Source of the DNA: Verrucomicrobiia bacterium
GTDB lineage: Bacteria > Verrucomicrobiota > Verrucomicrobiia > Limisphaerales > UBA1319
Direction of reading: 5' to 3'
Length of the DNA stretch: 64,000 nt
Assembly: GCA_963664225.1 (NCBI GenBank)
Contig: OY760937.1
Location: 2,976,001-3,040,000, forward strand
The position numbers and the translations under genes were made by a program. Positions 29,262 to 39,628 of this stretch are shown here, piece by piece (the first letter of the stretch is position 1; each line of letters opens with the position of its first letter). The notes under the pieces are model-generated. The model was not told the origin of the DNA and did not search any database. It saw only the letters and a list, made by a program, of their open reading frames with translations.

Positions 29262-29729
29262 ATGCGCATGGGAATCGCCGCCGATCATGGCGGGTTTGAG
29301 CTCAAGGAAACGCTGGCCGCCCAACTGCGCGCGGCGGGTCATGAAGTCCTCGATTTCGGCGCTCACATGCTGGCCCCTGAGGACGACTATCCCGACTTCG
29401 TCATCCCGCTGGCGCAGGCGGTGGCGGCCGGGAAACTGGAGCGCGGTGTCGCCGTTTGCGGCAGCGGCGTCGGGGCTTCCGTGTGCGCCAATAAGATCAA
29501 AGGGGTTCGCGCCTGTCTGATCGAAGACCACTTTTCGGCAAGGCAGGGCGTCGAGGACGATCACATAAACCTCCTGTGTCTGGGTGGCCGCACGGTGGGG
29601 CCGTCCGTGGCGTGGGATTTGGTCCAGACCTTTCTCGCCGCCGAATTCAGCCAGGCCGACCGTCACCTCCGCCGCCTCCGTAAAGTATCCGCCCTCGAGG
29701 ATGAACATAGGCCGATCAATTTGGGGTAG
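29262..29729 (+). CDS. rpiB: Ribose-5-phosphate isomerase B (RpiB/LacAB family)
   Basis: IAADHGG, DDYPD, CGSGVG, ANKIKGVRA, RHLRRL. Confidence 0.92.
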   Translation: MRMGIAADHGGFELKETLAAQLRAAGHEVLDFGAHMLAPEDDYPDFVIPLAQAVAAGKLERGVAVCGSGVGASVCANKIKGVRACLIEDHFSARQGVEDDHINLLCLGGRTVGPSVAWDLVQTFLAAEFSQADRHLRRLRKVSALEDEHRPINLG

Positions 29730-29751
29730 GGCGGGCAGTCCTCTGCACGCC
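29726..29751 (+). repeat. GTAG-type REP-like palindrome overlapping the rpiB stop codon
   Basis: GTAG followed by GGCGGGCAG-tcct-CTGCACGCC (8 of 9 bp paired). Confidence 0.5.
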
Positions 29752-30053
29752 GTTCTATTTGTCCCGCACCCTGGGTATTTTTGAAGCCGCGATGTTTCTT
29801 GATCGGACGGGGCCTGGTCTGCTATGAATAAGCCTCATGCCCTGCAAACCATGGTCGCTCAATAAGGGTTTTCGATTTACCCGTGTAATCCCGATCAGTG
29901 TGCGTACCCTCGATGGCATCACGAACATACCAGAGGCCAAACCCCACAGCCACGCGAACTCAAGCCAACCCCTTAACGCGATAATAAATCGACCATCATC
30001 GACGGTTGGCCCCGGTCAGTGAGTTATTATTTCAAATTCGATTTACTCTGCTT

Positions 30054-30587
30054 ATGAATACGCATTCGGACATGAAGATCTGCAAGATGTGTTGCATGGA
30101 GATTCCTGAGAAGGCGCGGAAATGTCCCCACTGCCACCATTTTCAAGACCGGCTATCCCTGGTCCTCTACCATCCTGGGTTCGGCGTCACGCTTGCGACG
30201 CTTCCGGTGATTGTCATGATGATTTTCGTCAGCCGCATGTTTGATACGGGCAAGGACTTCGAGCTTTATAAAGACCAGATTGTTATCACAGACAGCCAAA
30301 TGGCCTTTGGACGGTCTGGCTCAAATACGACTGTTGCCGTTTTGGGGACGATCAAGAATAACAGCCCAGTCCCGTGGAGGGATATTCAGTTCCACGTCGA
30401 TATTTTTGACGCTCAAGGCAAGCGCGTGGATGTTGCGGAGCAGCAACGCTATGGCGATAGATTGTCAACAAACTCATCATCCTCTTTCAAAGTATCGTTT
30501 CGGAGGGAGTTCCCCGAGACGAATTACGTGAAGCACGCTATTCGAGTGGTGGGAGCACGGGACGCGAGGGCGCGCGGTGGTGATTAG
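30054..30587 (+). CDS. Zinc-ribbon plus single-TM protein with an FxLYD/DUF3426-like exported domain
   Basis: CKMC...CPHC, a hydrophobic helix, then VLGTIKNNS...VDIFDAQGKRV. Confidence 0.65.
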   Translation: MNTHSDMKICKMCCMEIPEKARKCPHCHHFQDRLSLVLYHPGFGVTLATLPVIVMMIFVSRMFDTGKDFELYKDQIVITDSQMAFGRSGSNTTVAVLGTIKNNSPVPWRDIQFHVDIFDAQGKRVDVAEQQRYGDRLSTNSSSSFKVSFRREFPETNYVKHAIRVVGARDARARGGD

Positions 30588-30604
30588 TCTGGACAGGAGT
30601 TTTC

Positions 30605-31243
30605 ATGAAATCAACACACATACTCATTGCTGCGGTACTTCTGGCGGGATCTGTGTTCCTGATGGCGCAGGAGACCAATCAGACCGGCAACCTGACCAAC
30701 ATTGTGACCCAGTTCGATTCTCTCAAGGAGCCTAAAATAACGACCAGGCCGAACGAGAAGGTCATCGTGGTGGAGGCCAGGGGCGATCCGAGTGTCATCG
30801 GTTCAAAGGCGTTCGGTTTGTTGTTTCAAATTTACGGCTCCATCAAGGAAACGCCCAAGGGCCCCATGCAGATCGTTCCGCGCGCGCGCTGGCCGGTCTA
30901 TCTGGACAGGCCGAAATCGGTCTGGATTGGCATGTATGCCCTGCCTGTTCCTGAAAGTGTCACCTCGCTTCCGCAGTTCAAGGCGGATCCAGATTTGAAG
31001 GTCACGCTCACGCAATGGCAATACGGTCTGGTGGCCGAGATGCTGTATGTCGGGCCGTATGATAAAGAGGAATCCACGCTCAAATACCTGAACGATTTCA
31101 TTGTGCGCCAGGGGTATCGGACCTTCGGCGGCCATGAGGAGGAGTATATCGTCGGTCCGGGGATGAACGGCCAGAGCGATCCGGAAAAGTATGTCACGAT
31201 CCTCCGCTATCGCCTGCGTAAAACCGGCACCACCACCGATTGA
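30605..31243 (+). CDS. Secreted GyrI-like small-molecule-binding domain protein
   Basis: Signal peptide; YVGPYDKE, GHEEEYIVGP and TILRYRL GyrI-like C-terminal motifs. Confidence 0.75.
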   Translation: MKSTHILIAAVLLAGSVFLMAQETNQTGNLTNIVTQFDSLKEPKITTRPNEKVIVVEARGDPSVIGSKAFGLLFQIYGSIKETPKGPMQIVPRARWPVYLDRPKSVWIGMYALPVPESVTSLPQFKADPDLKVTLTQWQYGLVAEMLYVGPYDKEESTLKYLNDFIVRQGYRTFGGHEEEYIVGPGMNGQSDPEKYVTILRYRLRKTGTTTD

Positions 31244-31338
31244 CCGATTGACGCATTGACTTTACGGTCTCGAATAAAGGAACATCACCTGCAACGCGCA
31301 CAACAAATCACCTGCGGAAAGTTCCAACCAATTAAACT

Positions 31339-31680
31339 ATGAACAAACTAATTCACGGCCTGATCGCGGCGTTCTTCGCCTTTGCCTGCTTTTGCCTGTG
31401 GGGCATGCTGAATCTTACTTCGCATGTCATGTTTCGCGTGTCCGATAACCCGCCGGCGTTCACCCAGTTTTGCATCAGCCTCAAGCCGCTCTATGTGGTG
31501 CTGCCGATCGTTGCCGTGGCCTACTGTTTCTACGTCTGGATTCGGAAGGCCGACACGCGCCGCTCCTGGGTCTCCTTTTTTGCCGCCACGATGGGTAGCC
31601 TCGTCGTGGTCATGCTGCCGACCCTGCTCGCAGTCTGGCTCCCGGTGATCCAGTTCATGGACATTGCGACGAAGAAGTAA
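31339..31680 (+). CDS. Small membrane protein (3 predicted TM helices)
   Basis: 113 aa with three hydrophobic segments. Confidence 0.65.
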   Translation: MNKLIHGLIAAFFAFACFCLWGMLNLTSHVMFRVSDNPPAFTQFCISLKPLYVVLPIVAVAYCFYVWIRKADTRRSWVSFFAATMGSLVVVMLPTLLAVWLPVIQFMDIATKK

Positions 31681-32046
31681 TGCGACGGCAACGCCGGGGT
31701 GCAGGACAAAATTCAGGAAGCTGGTAAAAGCCTAAACCTTACGAACCCAGCCAGAACGCCAGTCGGCGGTGTGGGGCATATAATCCGGCGCGGTGGTATC
31801 CTCCAAACCGTGCAATAAACCCAGGGCTCGCAATACTTCTCCTTCTCCTGGGGGAGAAGGAAGGGATGAGGGCGGTCGTCCTTTCAGATCTGACTTTTGC
31901 CGGACCCTCAATCGGCCCCCCGGCCATTCCCGAAGCTTTAGCTATATTTGTTTCGTATACACTCACATGCCCTTTTAAAGGTCTTTTTCGCTTGCCGAAG
32001 AATTCTGTCATGCACCCGCGACGCCGCCTCATTTGTCATGGCAGGC

Positions 32047-35000
32047 TCATGCCACTGGCTCGCCATCGAATTGTTTCTGTTCCAGACGCGCCGCGGGCCG
32101 GTCGAGGGCTTCGCGGCGCAGGACGAAATTCCATTTCCAGATCTGGTAAATCCCGGGGTAAACCAACAGTTCCAGCAGGAATGAGGTGAAGATGCCGCCA
32201 ATCATCGGCGCGGCGATGCGCTTCATCACATCCGCGCCGGTGCCGACGGACCACATGATGGGAACCAGTCCCAGGAACATGGTGGCCACGGTCATGAACT
32301 TGGGCCGGAGCCGTTGAACCGCGCCGTTGCGGATGGCGGCCTGCAATTCCACAAGATTGCGCAAGCGTCCCTGCTGCTTCGCCTGTTCGCAGGCGAGGTC
32401 GAGATAGATCAGCATGAACACTCCCGTCTCCGCATCCACGCCCATCAGGGCAATCAGCCCCACCCAAACCCCGATGCTCATATTATAGCCGAGGAGGTAC
32501 AGGAGCCAGATGGCGCCAACGGCGGAAAACGGCACCGCCAGCAGAACGATGCCCGTTTTGGCCAGAGAGCGCGTGTTCATATAGATCAGCGCCAGGACCA
32601 GGAACAACGTCCAGGGAACGATCATCCTCAGGCGCTCTGTCACGCGCTCCATGGCCTCGAATTGTCCGCTCCATAATAACGCGTAGCCGGGCGGCAGGGC
32701 CACCTGTTCGCGCAAGGCGCGATCGGCCTGGGCGATGTAGCCTCTGATGTCACTGCCTGATACATCCAGATGCACATAACCGGTCGGCAGTCCGTTTTCA
32801 TTGCGGATCATCGAGGGCCCGGAGGTGAGACGCACGCGCGCGAGTTGCCCAAGTGGAATCTGTGCCTGCCCGTCGGCCGACGCGACGAGCACGCGTTCAA
32901 TGCTGCTGACGTCGGAGCGAAAGTCGCGCAGGTAACGCACATTGACGGGATAACGTTCATGTCCATGAACGACGGTCGTCACGTTTTCACCGCCAATGGC
33001 GTTGGCCACGGCGACCTGGGCCTCGTCAACGGTCAGTCCGTAGCGGGCCAGGGCGGGCCGGTCCCAATCAATGTCCAGGAAGTAACCGCTGCCGGCGCGT
33101 TCGGCAAACACGCTGCGGGTCCCTGGCACTCCCTTGAGGACGTTTTCGACTTTCGTCCCGATTTCTTCCAGCACCGCCAGGTCCGAGCCGGAAATCTTCA
33201 GGCCCAACGGGGTTCGAAAACCGGTGGTGAGCATCTCGACACGGCCCTTGATGGGCATCGTCCAGCCGTTGGCCAGGCCGGGAATCTGCAGCGCGGCGTT
33301 CATCTGGTTGATCAACTCTTCCTGCGAAAGATGGTCGGGCGTGATGTGCCGCAGCACGCTCTTGAGCCACTCGGGAGACCAGGCCGAATACCAGGTCGGG
33401 ATGCGTCGCCATTCGCTTTTGGGCTTGAGGGTGATGACGGTTTCCAACATCGAGAGCGGCGCGGGATCCGTGGCCGTTTCAGCGCGGCCGGCCTTGCCCA
33501 GAACGCGGTCCACCTCCGGGAATTGTCGAATGATCCGGTCGGTGACTTGCAGGACCTTCTGGGCTTCCGCGATCGATATGCCGGGCATGGTCGAGGGCAT
33601 GTAAAGGACCGAGCCTTCCTCGAGCGGCGGCATGAATTCGGAGCCGAGCTTGAAGAATACCGGGACGGTGATGATCACCAAGGCCGCCGCGGTTCCGATG
33701 ACGAACCACTTGCGGTTCAGCGACCAGGTCAACACCGGGTTGTAGAGACGAATCAAAACGCGGCTGATGGGATGCGTCGATTCGGATCGGATGCGTCCGG
33801 CGAAAAGCGACGTGGCGATGCGACTCAGCCATTGGGGGCGAAATTTGAAGTTGCGGACATGGGTGAGCGTGACGCGCAGCGCGGGATCCAGGGTGATGGC
33901 CAGCAGCGCGGCGATGATCATGGACAGTGACTTGGTGTAGGCCAGCGGCTTGAACAGCCGCCCCTCTTCGGCTTCGAGGGTCAGCACCGGCAGGAACGAA
34001 ACCGCAATCACCAGCAGGGCGAAGAATGAGGGGCCGGCCACTTGTTTGATCGCGCGGACGACGACGTCCTGGTAATGACCGGGGCGACCCTCGCCCTCCC
34101 ATTTCTCCAGACCCTTATGCACCTGCTCGACGACGACAATGGCCGCATCCACCAATGCGCCAATCGCGATGGCCAGGCCACCCAGGGACATGAGGTTCGC
34201 GGTGATTCCCATGAGTCGGAAAGGGATGAAGGCGACCAGAATGGCAATGGGAATGGTGATCGCCGGGATGATCGCGCTGGGCGGATGCCACAGGAAAATG
34301 AAGACAATGAGAACAACCGTGATGATGACCTCGATCATCGTGGCTTTGAGATTGCTAATGGCCCGATGAATCAGGTCGGACCGGTCATACACCGGGACGA
34401 TCTTCACCCCCTGGGGCAGCCCGGGTTCGATCTCGCGAATCCGCGCCTTGACCCGTTCGATCACTTCGAGCGCGTTCTGGCCTTGTCGCATGATGACGAT
34501 GCCGGAAACCGCCTCGCCCCTGCCGTTGAGATCGGTCACGCCCCGGCGCAGGTCCGGACCGAAGGCGACCTGGCCCACATCGCGAATGCGAATGGGGGTG
34601 CCGTTGCGGCTTTCGAGCACGAGATCCTCGATGTCTTCCAGGGACCGGATGTAGCCGTGGCCTCTCACCATGTACTCGCTGCCGCCAAACTCGACCAGCC
34701 GCCCGCCAGTCTCCACATTTCCGGCGCGCAGCACATCCGCGATCCGGCGCACGGGGATGCCGTAAGCCTGGAGGCGGTTGGGGTCGAGGTTGACCTGGTA
34801 TTGTTTGCCAAAGCCGCCCACAGGTGCGACCTCGGCAACGCCCGGCACCGATTTGAGGTGGTAGTTCAGGTACCAATCCTGGCAGGCGCGCAGATCGGCC
34901 AGCGAGTTGGTCCCAGATTCGTCCACCAGCGCGTATTGATAAACCCAGCCCAGGGCCGTTGCGTCCGGTCCCAGCAAAGTCGTCACGCCCTGGGGCAGGC

Positions 35001-35355
35001 GCGGCGTCACTGCGGCGAGGTATTCCTGTATGCGCGCCCGTGCCCAATAGAGATCGGTGCCTTCTTCAAAAATGACATGGACGTACGAATAGCCGAAGTC
35101 GGAGAAGCCGCGGACCGCCTTGACTCTTGGCGCGCCGAGCAGCGCGGTGACAATGGGGTAGGTCACCTGGTCCTCCACCAGATCGGGACTCTGATCCCAG
35201 CGCGAGAAGACGATCACTTGCGTGTCGCCCAGATCTGGAATGGCATCCAGGTTGACATGCTGAAGGGACCACCACCCCGCAATGCAGGCCACACCGGTCA
35301 GGAGAAAAACCAGGAACCGGTTGCGCACCGAGAAATCAATGATGCGGTTTATCAC
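32047..35355 (-). CDS. cusA: CusA/CzcA family heavy-metal efflux RND permease
   Basis: LDAIPDL, GPDATALGWVYQY, IGALVDAAIVVVE, GSEFMPPLEEG, RLRPKFMT, MKRIAAPMIGG. Confidence 0.93.
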   Translation of the reverse strand: MINRIIDFSVRNRFLVFLLTGVACIAGWWSLQHVNLDAIPDLGDTQVIVFSRWDQSPDLVEDQVTYPIVTALLGAPRVKAVRGFSDFGYSYVHVIFEEGTDLYWARARIQEYLAAVTPRLPQGVTTLLGPDATALGWVYQYALVDESGTNSLADLRACQDWYLNYHLKSVPGVAEVAPVGGFGKQYQVNLDPNRLQAYGIPVRRIADVLRAGNVETGGRLVEFGGSEYMVRGHGYIRSLEDIEDLVLESRNGTPIRIRDVGQVAFGPDLRRGVTDLNGRGEAVSGIVIMRQGQNALEVIERVKARIREIEPGLPQGVKIVPVYDRSDLIHRAISNLKATMIEVIITVVLIVFIFLWHPPSAIIPAITIPIAILVAFIPFRLMGITANLMSLGGLAIAIGALVDAAIVVVEQVHKGLEKWEGEGRPGHYQDVVVRAIKQVAGPSFFALLVIAVSFLPVLTLEAEEGRLFKPLAYTKSLSMIIAALLAITLDPALRVTLTHVRNFKFRPQWLSRIATSLFAGRIRSESTHPISRVLIRLYNPVLTWSLNRKWFVIGTAAALVIITVPVFFKLGSEFMPPLEEGSVLYMPSTMPGISIAEAQKVLQVTDRIIRQFPEVDRVLGKAGRAETATDPAPLSMLETVITLKPKSEWRRIPTWYSAWSPEWLKSVLRHITPDHLSQEELINQMNAALQIPGLANGWTMPIKGRVEMLTTGFRTPLGLKISGSDLAVLEEIGTKVENVLKGVPGTRSVFAERAGSGYFLDIDWDRPALARYGLTVDEAQVAVANAIGGENVTTVVHGHERYPVNVRYLRDFRSDVSSIERVLVASADGQAQIPLGQLARVRLTSGPSMIRNENGLPTGYVHLDVSGSDIRGYIAQADRALREQVALPPGYALLWSGQFEAMERVTERLRMIVPWTLFLVLALIYMNTRSLAKTGIVLLAVPFSAVGAIWLLYLLGYNMSIGVWVGLIALMGVDAETGVFMLIYLDLACEQAKQQGRLRNLVELQAAIRNGAVQRLRPKFMTVATMFLGLVPIMWSVGTGADVMKRIAAPMIGGIFTSFLLELLVYPGIYQIWKWNFVLRREALDRPAARLEQKQFDGEPVA

Positions 35356-35358
35356 ACC

Positions 35359-36822
35359 CTAACGTTCCTGCATTTTATGGTCTGATTTGGACATCGATGC
35401 CACCTGGTATTTCACTGGGCTTTCATCGAATTGCTTTTTGCAACTCTCGCTGCAAAACACAAACCGTTTTCCCTCATACTCACTGGTCAGTTGTGCGGTT
35501 TTTGCCCGGGCTTCGTTCACCTTCATCCCGCAGACTGGATCGGTCATCGGCCTGGATTGAACACCCGCAGCGGCCAATTTCATCCGGCTCTCGGAATCGA
35601 GCAGGAAATATCCTGACACCACAATACGTTCATCAGGCATCAGCCCCTTCACGATTTGGACCTGGTCCCCGTGGCTCCAGCCCGGTTCCACTTCGCGCGG
35701 TTCGAAAACGCCCGGCCCGCTCTCGACAAACAGGGTTTTGCGCATTCCCGAATCCAGGATCGCACTCCTGTTGACCACGATGGTCTCGGAATAGGGAACC
35801 GTCAGTTCCACGTCCACAAACATATCCGGGCGCAGCCGGTAATCGGCATTCCCGACTTCCAGACGCACCTGCAGGGCGCGCGTCACCGGGTTAAACTGGG
35901 GAAGCCCGTTGCAGACTTTCGCCTCCAGCGGGGCGCTTTCCCCGTGGATGCTCACACGGGCGGCCGTGCCGGGCTTCAAGTCCCGCGCCTCATCGCCAAA
36001 AACATCCGCCACAATCCACACATGGTTCAGCTCTCCCACGCGGAAAAGTTCCGTGCCACGGTCGAACCGCAACCCGGGAAAGGCGTTTCGAGCAAGAACC
36101 ACGCCCGCGACCGGGGACCGTAGCTCGATGTTCCGGGCAATCTGCCGCGTGCGGGCGATCTCCTGAATCTGCGGCTGGCCCATGCCCAGAAACTCCAGAT
36201 TCTCCTCGGCGGATCGGATCTGAACCTGGGTCATTTTGATTTGTTCCGCGCTTTCCGTATCCTTCGCCCGATCCATGGTGTTGAGCGCATAGAGGTAGGT
36301 CTGCTGCGCGGTCAGGAAGTCCCGGTTATAGTAGGTGGCCAGTATTTCGTCCTTCTGCACAAGGCTTCCCGATACTATGGGACCGGAGCTGCGAACCCAC
36401 CCATCCACCGCCGACGCCACGCGATACACGCAGGTCTCATCCAGTGCCACCTTGCCCAGCACCCGGACCACCCGCGTTCCAGAGGTCTTTTGAGCGCGCG
36501 CCACTTCCACCCCGATGAGCTGTTGTTTTTCAGGGGTGATTCTAACACTTCCCGCAGGCAGGGAGGCGGGCGCGGACGTTCCATTCGCTCCCGCCGCCGC
36601 ATCCGCATACACCGGTTCCATTTTCATCCCGCAGGGCGCCAGGCCGGGCTTGTCCGACGTGTGGGCCGGATTCATCGGGTCCACGTAGTAAAGAATCTTG
36701 TGGGTTTCCAGGGATTCGTTGAAGGCAAAGTCCCGATGGCCATGCCAGGTGCCAGCCAGAAAGGCCGCAATCCCAACCAATCCAACCAAACCGATTATTG
36801 CCGGAAATCGAAATTGTTTCAT
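35359..36822 (-). CDS. cusB: CusB-like RND membrane fusion protein with an N-terminal heavy-metal-binding domain and a C-terminal YHS domain
   Basis: YYVDPMNP...PCGMKMEPVY, LRPDMFVDV, FLLDSES, DPVCGM...FCSESCK. Confidence 0.88.
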   Translation of the reverse strand: MKQFRFPAIIGLVGLVGIAAFLAGTWHGHRDFAFNESLETHKILYYVDPMNPAHTSDKPGLAPCGMKMEPVYADAAAGANGTSAPASLPAGSVRITPEKQQLIGVEVARAQKTSGTRVVRVLGKVALDETCVYRVASAVDGWVRSSGPIVSGSLVQKDEILATYYNRDFLTAQQTYLYALNTMDRAKDTESAEQIKMTQVQIRSAEENLEFLGMGQPQIQEIARTRQIARNIELRSPVAGVVLARNAFPGLRFDRGTELFRVGELNHVWIVADVFGDEARDLKPGTAARVSIHGESAPLEAKVCNGLPQFNPVTRALQVRLEVGNADYRLRPDMFVDVELTVPYSETIVVNRSAILDSGMRKTLFVESGPGVFEPREVEPGWSHGDQVQIVKGLMPDERIVVSGYFLLDSESRMKLAAAGVQSRPMTDPVCGMKVNEARAKTAQLTSEYEGKRFVFCSESCKKQFDESPVKYQVASMSKSDHKMQER

Positions 36823-36844
36823 GCGCCCTAAAACCGCATCGAAG

Positions 36845-36872
36845 AAACCCCGGCGTCTTGACGCCGGGGTTT
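36845..36872 (-). terminator. Strong hairpin, probable terminator after the multicopper oxidase
   Basis: Perfect 13 bp inverted repeat AAACCCCGGCGTC-tt-GACGCCGGGGTTT; T-rich tail on the minus strand. Confidence 0.7.
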
Positions 36873-36898
36873 GTCCTCTGCCGTTGGTCTTATCAATT

Positions 36899-39166
36899 CT
36901 AATCTCGATGGCCTTGGCCCCGGGCGGGTGTCACGATCATCGCGTGCATCATGTCATGCTCTTCGTGTTCGAGAATGTGGCAGTGCCACACAAACTCGTA
37001 TCCCTTGACGCCATAGCTGGCCAGCAACCGTGGACTGTACGGCGCATTGCCTGGAGGCAGATCGAACTTCATATCCACAGTGACCACCTCGCCGGGATTC
37101 ATCCGCACTGTTTCTTTCCAGCCCGCCTCGTTTCCGTCGGGTCCGCGTCCCGTGTTCGGAATGGCGAAGGGCATTCCATGCGCATTCAAGAGCGGCACGG
37201 TTTCCCCGGACGAATTTGTCCCGAAGGCCCATTGCTCCCGTTTCCGAACGGCCACATTGACCAGATGGAAGTGCATCGGGTGCGTGTCCCCCGTGAAGTT
37301 GAAGATTTGCCACCGCTGAACCTCGCCGTCCTCCGCCACTTCCGTCGGAGTGGAAACAAACATCGCCGGATTCGGCGCGCCGATCAATTGACGCAGGCGT
37401 CCGAATTCATCGAAGTCCTCGTTCAGAGTCTTCACCTTGGCCGGAGTTTTGGGGAATATCAGCATCGACGGCTGCGTCAGCGCGAAGGTGATCGGAAGCG
37501 CCAGTTTCAGCGTGTTCAACGTGTTGGTGAAATTCAATTCGCTCACCGTCTTCGAGCCGACCTTGAACTTCATGATGATCCGGGTGTCGGGACCCTGGCC
37601 GGCCAGATTCGCGGGCGCCCCGCCGATGCTGCTGAGGTCCGGGCGGCCGGTGTAATAGTCGTTGCGGATGTCCCCGCATGGGAACGGTGCGGGCGCGTCG
37701 TTGTAAAGAATGATCTCGCTGCCGGGCGCTACATCGCGGAAATCGACGATGATGTCCGCCCGTTCCGCCGGAGCCAGCAACAGGTTGTAGCGGTTGACAT
37801 TGCCCAGCGTCGGGTCGCTGGCTCCAAAGCGAGAGGTCGTCTTGAAACCCAGCGGTACGGCCGGATCGTTGAGCACCACCGGCTGCAACAGAAAACCGCA
37901 CTCATTGCCAATCTGGATCATTCTCGGTCCCGAGGCGTTCGTGGGAATCTGAAGCGGGTTTCCGTTGGGGTCCACCTCGGTGAGCGACGGCGCCAGCGTG
38001 ATCCCGTCGGCGGAACCATCCGCCTTGTAAAGCATCAGATTGAAGAACCGCGCCTGCGACCCGTTCAGTAGCCGGAACCGGTATCTCCGCCGATCGACCG
38101 GCAGCACCGGATAGGGAGCCCCATTGACCAGCATGGTATCCGAGAAGAATTCGGGAACCGTCGAGATCGGAGGAGTGACAATTCCTGGATTGTCCCACCG
38201 GCCCGTTCCACTCGTGCTCAGGTTGGGATCCGAGAACAGCATCGAGGGCAGGGGCGGCACTTCATAGGCGTGCGGATACCACAGGCTGCCCGCCACGGCT
38301 CCGGGCGCGCTTTGGTTGTAGAGCGGATCGGTGGCGGTGGCGCCGCCATCCCAGAAGGTCTTATCCTGGATGACCAGCGGTATCCCGAGTGGGAACGCGC
38401 CGCCATGATTCGGCAGAATTTGGCGGCGAACCAAGTCCGCTTCAGCATCGTCGGTGATCAGGTAGGCGCTGGCCAGGCCCGCATACGCATTGAGCCGGGT
38501 AATCCCATGCGCGTGATCATGATACCATAGGAAACGCGAGCTCTGGTCGTTGGGATAATCGTAGATTGCGGCACCCGGCTCGGCCCCGTTGAGATAGCTT
38601 GCGCCATGCAAAAAGTTGTTCGCACTCGAATACCATGCGTATGGGCCGCCGTCACTGGTCCAATGGAGCAGGCCGCCGTGAAGGTGGACGGCCATGCGGT
38701 CCGGACGTGCTTCGTTTACGATCGTATTGTCGAGCGCAGTCGGATCAATCGGCAGGATGTGCTGGCCCGGCAATTGGTTGATCATCTTGAGCTTCACCGG
38801 TCTCCGCCGTTTGGCCACAATGATCCCGCCCAGATACTTGCTATCGGGCGACTTGGCATCCGCGTAACCCCAGAAGGTCGTCGGCGGGATGTCCGGATGT
38901 AACTGCTGGGTGAACTGTTTGGCCACGACTTCGTAATAGTCCGTGCCTTTGTGCTTTTGGGTGTCTGGTGTCAGCACCGGAATGTAGTTTCCGAAATTGT
39001 TTGCCCCGCCCGGCCCGAGCGCTGGCAATCCCACAAGGAACTTGCGAATGCCCGCCGGGCTTTGGCTGTAGGGGAAGGCCATGTTTGGAAGGAGCGTGAT
39101 GCCAGCTCCGGCAAGGGCCGTCCGTTTCAGGAACTGTCTTCTGCTGAATTTGCTGTAGTTACTCAT
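36899..39166 (-). CDS. Tat-exported multicopper oxidase (CotA/bilirubin oxidase-like)
   Basis: SRRQFLK Tat motif; Cu ligands HLHG, WYHDH, HPMHFH and WHCHILEHEEHDMM; GGAGG RBS before ATG 39166. Confidence 0.93.
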   Translation of the reverse strand: MSNYSKFSRRQFLKRTALAGAGITLLPNMAFPYSQSPAGIRKFLVGLPALGPGGANNFGNYIPVLTPDTQKHKGTDYYEVVAKQFTQQLHPDIPPTTFWGYADAKSPDSKYLGGIIVAKRRRPVKLKMINQLPGQHILPIDPTALDNTIVNEARPDRMAVHLHGGLLHWTSDGGPYAWYSSANNFLHGASYLNGAEPGAAIYDYPNDQSSRFLWYHDHAHGITRLNAYAGLASAYLITDDAEADLVRRQILPNHGGAFPLGIPLVIQDKTFWDGGATATDPLYNQSAPGAVAGSLWYPHAYEVPPLPSMLFSDPNLSTSGTGRWDNPGIVTPPISTVPEFFSDTMLVNGAPYPVLPVDRRRYRFRLLNGSQARFFNLMLYKADGSADGITLAPSLTEVDPNGNPLQIPTNASGPRMIQIGNECGFLLQPVVLNDPAVPLGFKTTSRFGASDPTLGNVNRYNLLLAPAERADIIVDFRDVAPGSEIILYNDAPAPFPCGDIRNDYYTGRPDLSSIGGAPANLAGQGPDTRIIMKFKVGSKTVSELNFTNTLNTLKLALPITFALTQPSMLIFPKTPAKVKTLNEDFDEFGRLRQLIGAPNPAMFVSTPTEVAEDGEVQRWQIFNFTGDTHPMHFHLVNVAVRKREQWAFGTNSSGETVPLLNAHGMPFAIPNTGRGPDGNEAGWKETVRMNPGEVVTVDMKFDLPPGNAPYSPRLLASYGVKGYEFVWHCHILEHEEHDMMHAMIVTPARGQGHRD

Positions 39167-39553
39167 GACCGCCTCCATCTAGTATGGTTCGCTGTTGACT
39201 GATACTGCATTTGTTTGCCGCCCCAATTGAGTCAGGTCGGCTTGGACCAAACTTCCAGGCTTCAATGCCCGCCCATGAAATCCCCCCACTCTGTTCCCAC
39301 TGACCATCCCCTTTATGAAGGCATGAGTCGCTTGAAGGTTGATTGATTCTCAAAGTAGGTGAACGGCTCCTTTATAACAATAGGGGCGGGTACTATCGAT
39401 GCGTAGGATGGCGTCCTATTAAATTATTCGAATCGACGAAGGCCGCCGGAATAAGTTCCCGCAGCATGAATGGTGAGGCGAGCGACATATTCCTTCTGCA
39501 ATAGTGACCAGCCCAAAAAATGCCGGTGGAGTAGTTAGCGTGACTGCCATCCC

Positions 39554-39584
39554 CGGAGAGCCGGTCTCCAGACCGGCTTACCGC
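39554..39584 (+). repeat. Single REP copy downstream of the RAYT
   Basis: CGGAGAGCCGGTCTCCAGACCGGCTTACCGC, one mismatch to the array REP at 40496. Confidence 0.85.
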
Positions 39585-39628
39585 CTGCGAATCACCATAC
39601 GGGTGATAATCTCCCCATATCGGCCTTC

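Noticed and set aside
29755..30050. Small ORFs or a gene remnant between rpiB and the zinc-ribbon gene
   Set aside because: The short frames contain no motif I can recognise.
39180..39550. Riboswitch or ncRNA upstream of the multicopper oxidase
   Set aside because: The gap is long but I recognised no known aptamer consensus; an Rfam scan would be needed.
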